A stretch of 64,000 nt of DNA from Balanoglossus misakiensis (taxonomy: Eukaryota; Animalia; Hemichordata). Shown piece after piece: positions 62,293 to 64,000 of the stretch. The first letter of the stretch is position 1; the number at the start of each line of letters is the position of its first letter. The DNA is taken from positions 4,974,213 to 5,038,212 of the forward strand of contig CM082589.2 of NCBI GenBank assembly GCA_040954595.2, read 5' to 3'. The notes beneath the pieces were generated by a model. That model was not told the origin of the DNA, searched no databases, and worked only from the letters and a program-made list of their open reading frames with translations. A program made the translations under genes and the position numbers.

Positions 62293-63727
62293 TCATGGCT
62301 CGACGTTGAATTCTCTTCGCACCTTTGGCAGATTTAGCTCTCCCAGTCGCTCGTTCACAGCGCCAATGTTTTCGTCAAGCGCCCGGTGCATGGTGGCGGT
62401 GAAGGGGTCGGCGGGGATGGAGTCCTGCCCTTGTCTGTGAAACATTCCCGCCATGTCACTCAACACACACTGGCGCCTCCTGCTTGTCAGCGTCACATTC
62501 AGGAAGTCGACAACTTCACCCAGTTCCTCCATTGTGTTCTCCTTTAGATTCAGGTACTCAACCACGTGCAATGGTTTTGTGAAATTCAACCAGTACAGTG
62601 CGTGACGCATCCATTTTGGTGTTTTGATCTCGATGAAGTCGTACCACTCTATAAGAAAAGCAAGGATTTATATTGTTTTTGTTTTTTTAATTACCGGTAA
62701 GCCTGGTGCAGGTGGTAGCACGTAGGGATTTAATCTCGAGTTTTGTACAAACCATGAAGCGAAGTTATCGTATATTTGTCGGTGCTTACCTTGACCTGTG
62801 AAATTGGACTGAGATGCGAAGCCGGTTTTTCCCGCCATTTCGCGATTAAATTCGGCCACTAGCGCCTTGTACGGATCACGTAGAAGCAGTATCGCAGCTT
62901 CGTAGCCTTCGCCTCGAAAACCGTGTGTTTTGACTGTCAATGTTGTGCCAAGGGTGGGGTTTTCAAGTTCACCGATAAAACCTGAAATCGATCCAAACAG
63001 GTGGCAACGGCATGTGGTTAGGGCTTTCGATCTGAAGCAAACAAATACGCCCTCTACAAATTAAGGCACATTTCGGAACTTGAACTTCCTGTATACTTTT
63101 TTTTTCACATTGCAATAGTGTGCCCTGGCTTTTATTCTCATCTTAAACCGTCCCCAACTTCGCTGTATGTCGTTTTCAGACATACGTTACTATACAAGCA
63201 AGGCGCTGGCTGACCAATTGGCAAAACTTACCAGCTTTATACAGTGGATTACTTGAAAATATAGACCCAGTGTATATACCAGTTGCCAATTCCAACAAGT
63301 GTCTCATCCACGTGTTTCCAGACCCAGGGAAACTGGCCAGTGCGACGATTGGATTTGTATGGTTTGGCGACAATGACACAGCGCATGTATCATCACGCAC
63401 TCCTGTAACGTGAAAGATGTAATATCCACTGGGAATCAAACGAGTTAGATCGTCCTATGCGCATGTGTGTTATTTCGTATGTACAAACATTACGTCCAAT
63501 CCATATGTTCTGCAAATTTTGCGTCGACGCATTCAAATAGTGGACTTTTGACGGCAGAATCATCGTCTCTTATGTTCCCGCGAGGGCTTACCTGTAAGAT
63601 TACGCTGCAGTGGGTAACCGTGTCTCGTTTTAGTTAGAAGAGCAGTCTTCCGCCCTATTAATCCATTTAACAAACCGATACTAACAACAGCAGCCAGTGA
63701 AGAAAATACAAGAAAACACCTCTTCAT
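62293..63727 (-). CDS. WSCD-family (sialate O-sulfotransferase-like) type II membrane sulfotransferase, ~284 aa, no WSC domains
   Basis: Exons 63727-63592, 63402-63232, 62981-62790, 62648-62293 in phase. N-terminal anchor [20 protein letters not shown], 5'-[34 protein letters not shown], 3'-[18 protein letters not shown]. Confidence 0.87.
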
Positions 63728-64000
63728 CACGTGACTTGTGCAAGGCAGGTTTATCTGAAAGCCAGTGTGTTAACTTGATAAAGAACATTACAATGCTTGG
63801 AACATGACTGTACGATCGGTAAAATTGAAAACCGCGTCGTGTGCAAATGTTCTAAACAAAAGTCAGTCATTCCAAAAGAAAAGAGGCTTATAATGTCGTT
63901 ATATAGAAAATAATAACGTGTGATCAATTTAAAGCACTTCCCTCCCTAGTGACACACTGAATTTTATGTTTTGTGGCATCTGATGTCTCACAGCTGTCGT

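Overview
Intron-rich animal genomic DNA, probably a marine invertebrate deuterostome (inference from gene content, intron style and repeats); nothing prokaryotic, no CRISPR, no rRNA or tRNA seen. I assembled 12 gene models by hand and checked splice phase for each spliced gene: MOXD1-like (3' end only), ninjurin, CBR4, CHDH, arylsulfatase B-like, an intronless orphan class A GPCR, a CYP17A1-like P450, a divergent NagA/AMDHD2-like amidohydrolase, NDUFS5, RAB23, USP14 and a WSCD-family sulfotransferase lacking WSC domains. There are several small MITE families, microsatellites and a ~7.8 kb stretch with no recognisable gene (30.5-38.3 kb). Best leads: a spliced 73-codon uORF and a uORF-dense leader ahead of CHDH, a NagA-like paralogue with altered active-site motifs, a CYP17-like enzyme with Gln replacing the I-helix acid, a U12 intron and a GC-AG intron in USP14, a perfect 22-bp hairpin in CHDH intron 1, and paired RFX X-boxes in RAB23 intron 1. 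I found no clear multi-gene novel system; the leads are gene-level and need the stated checks.
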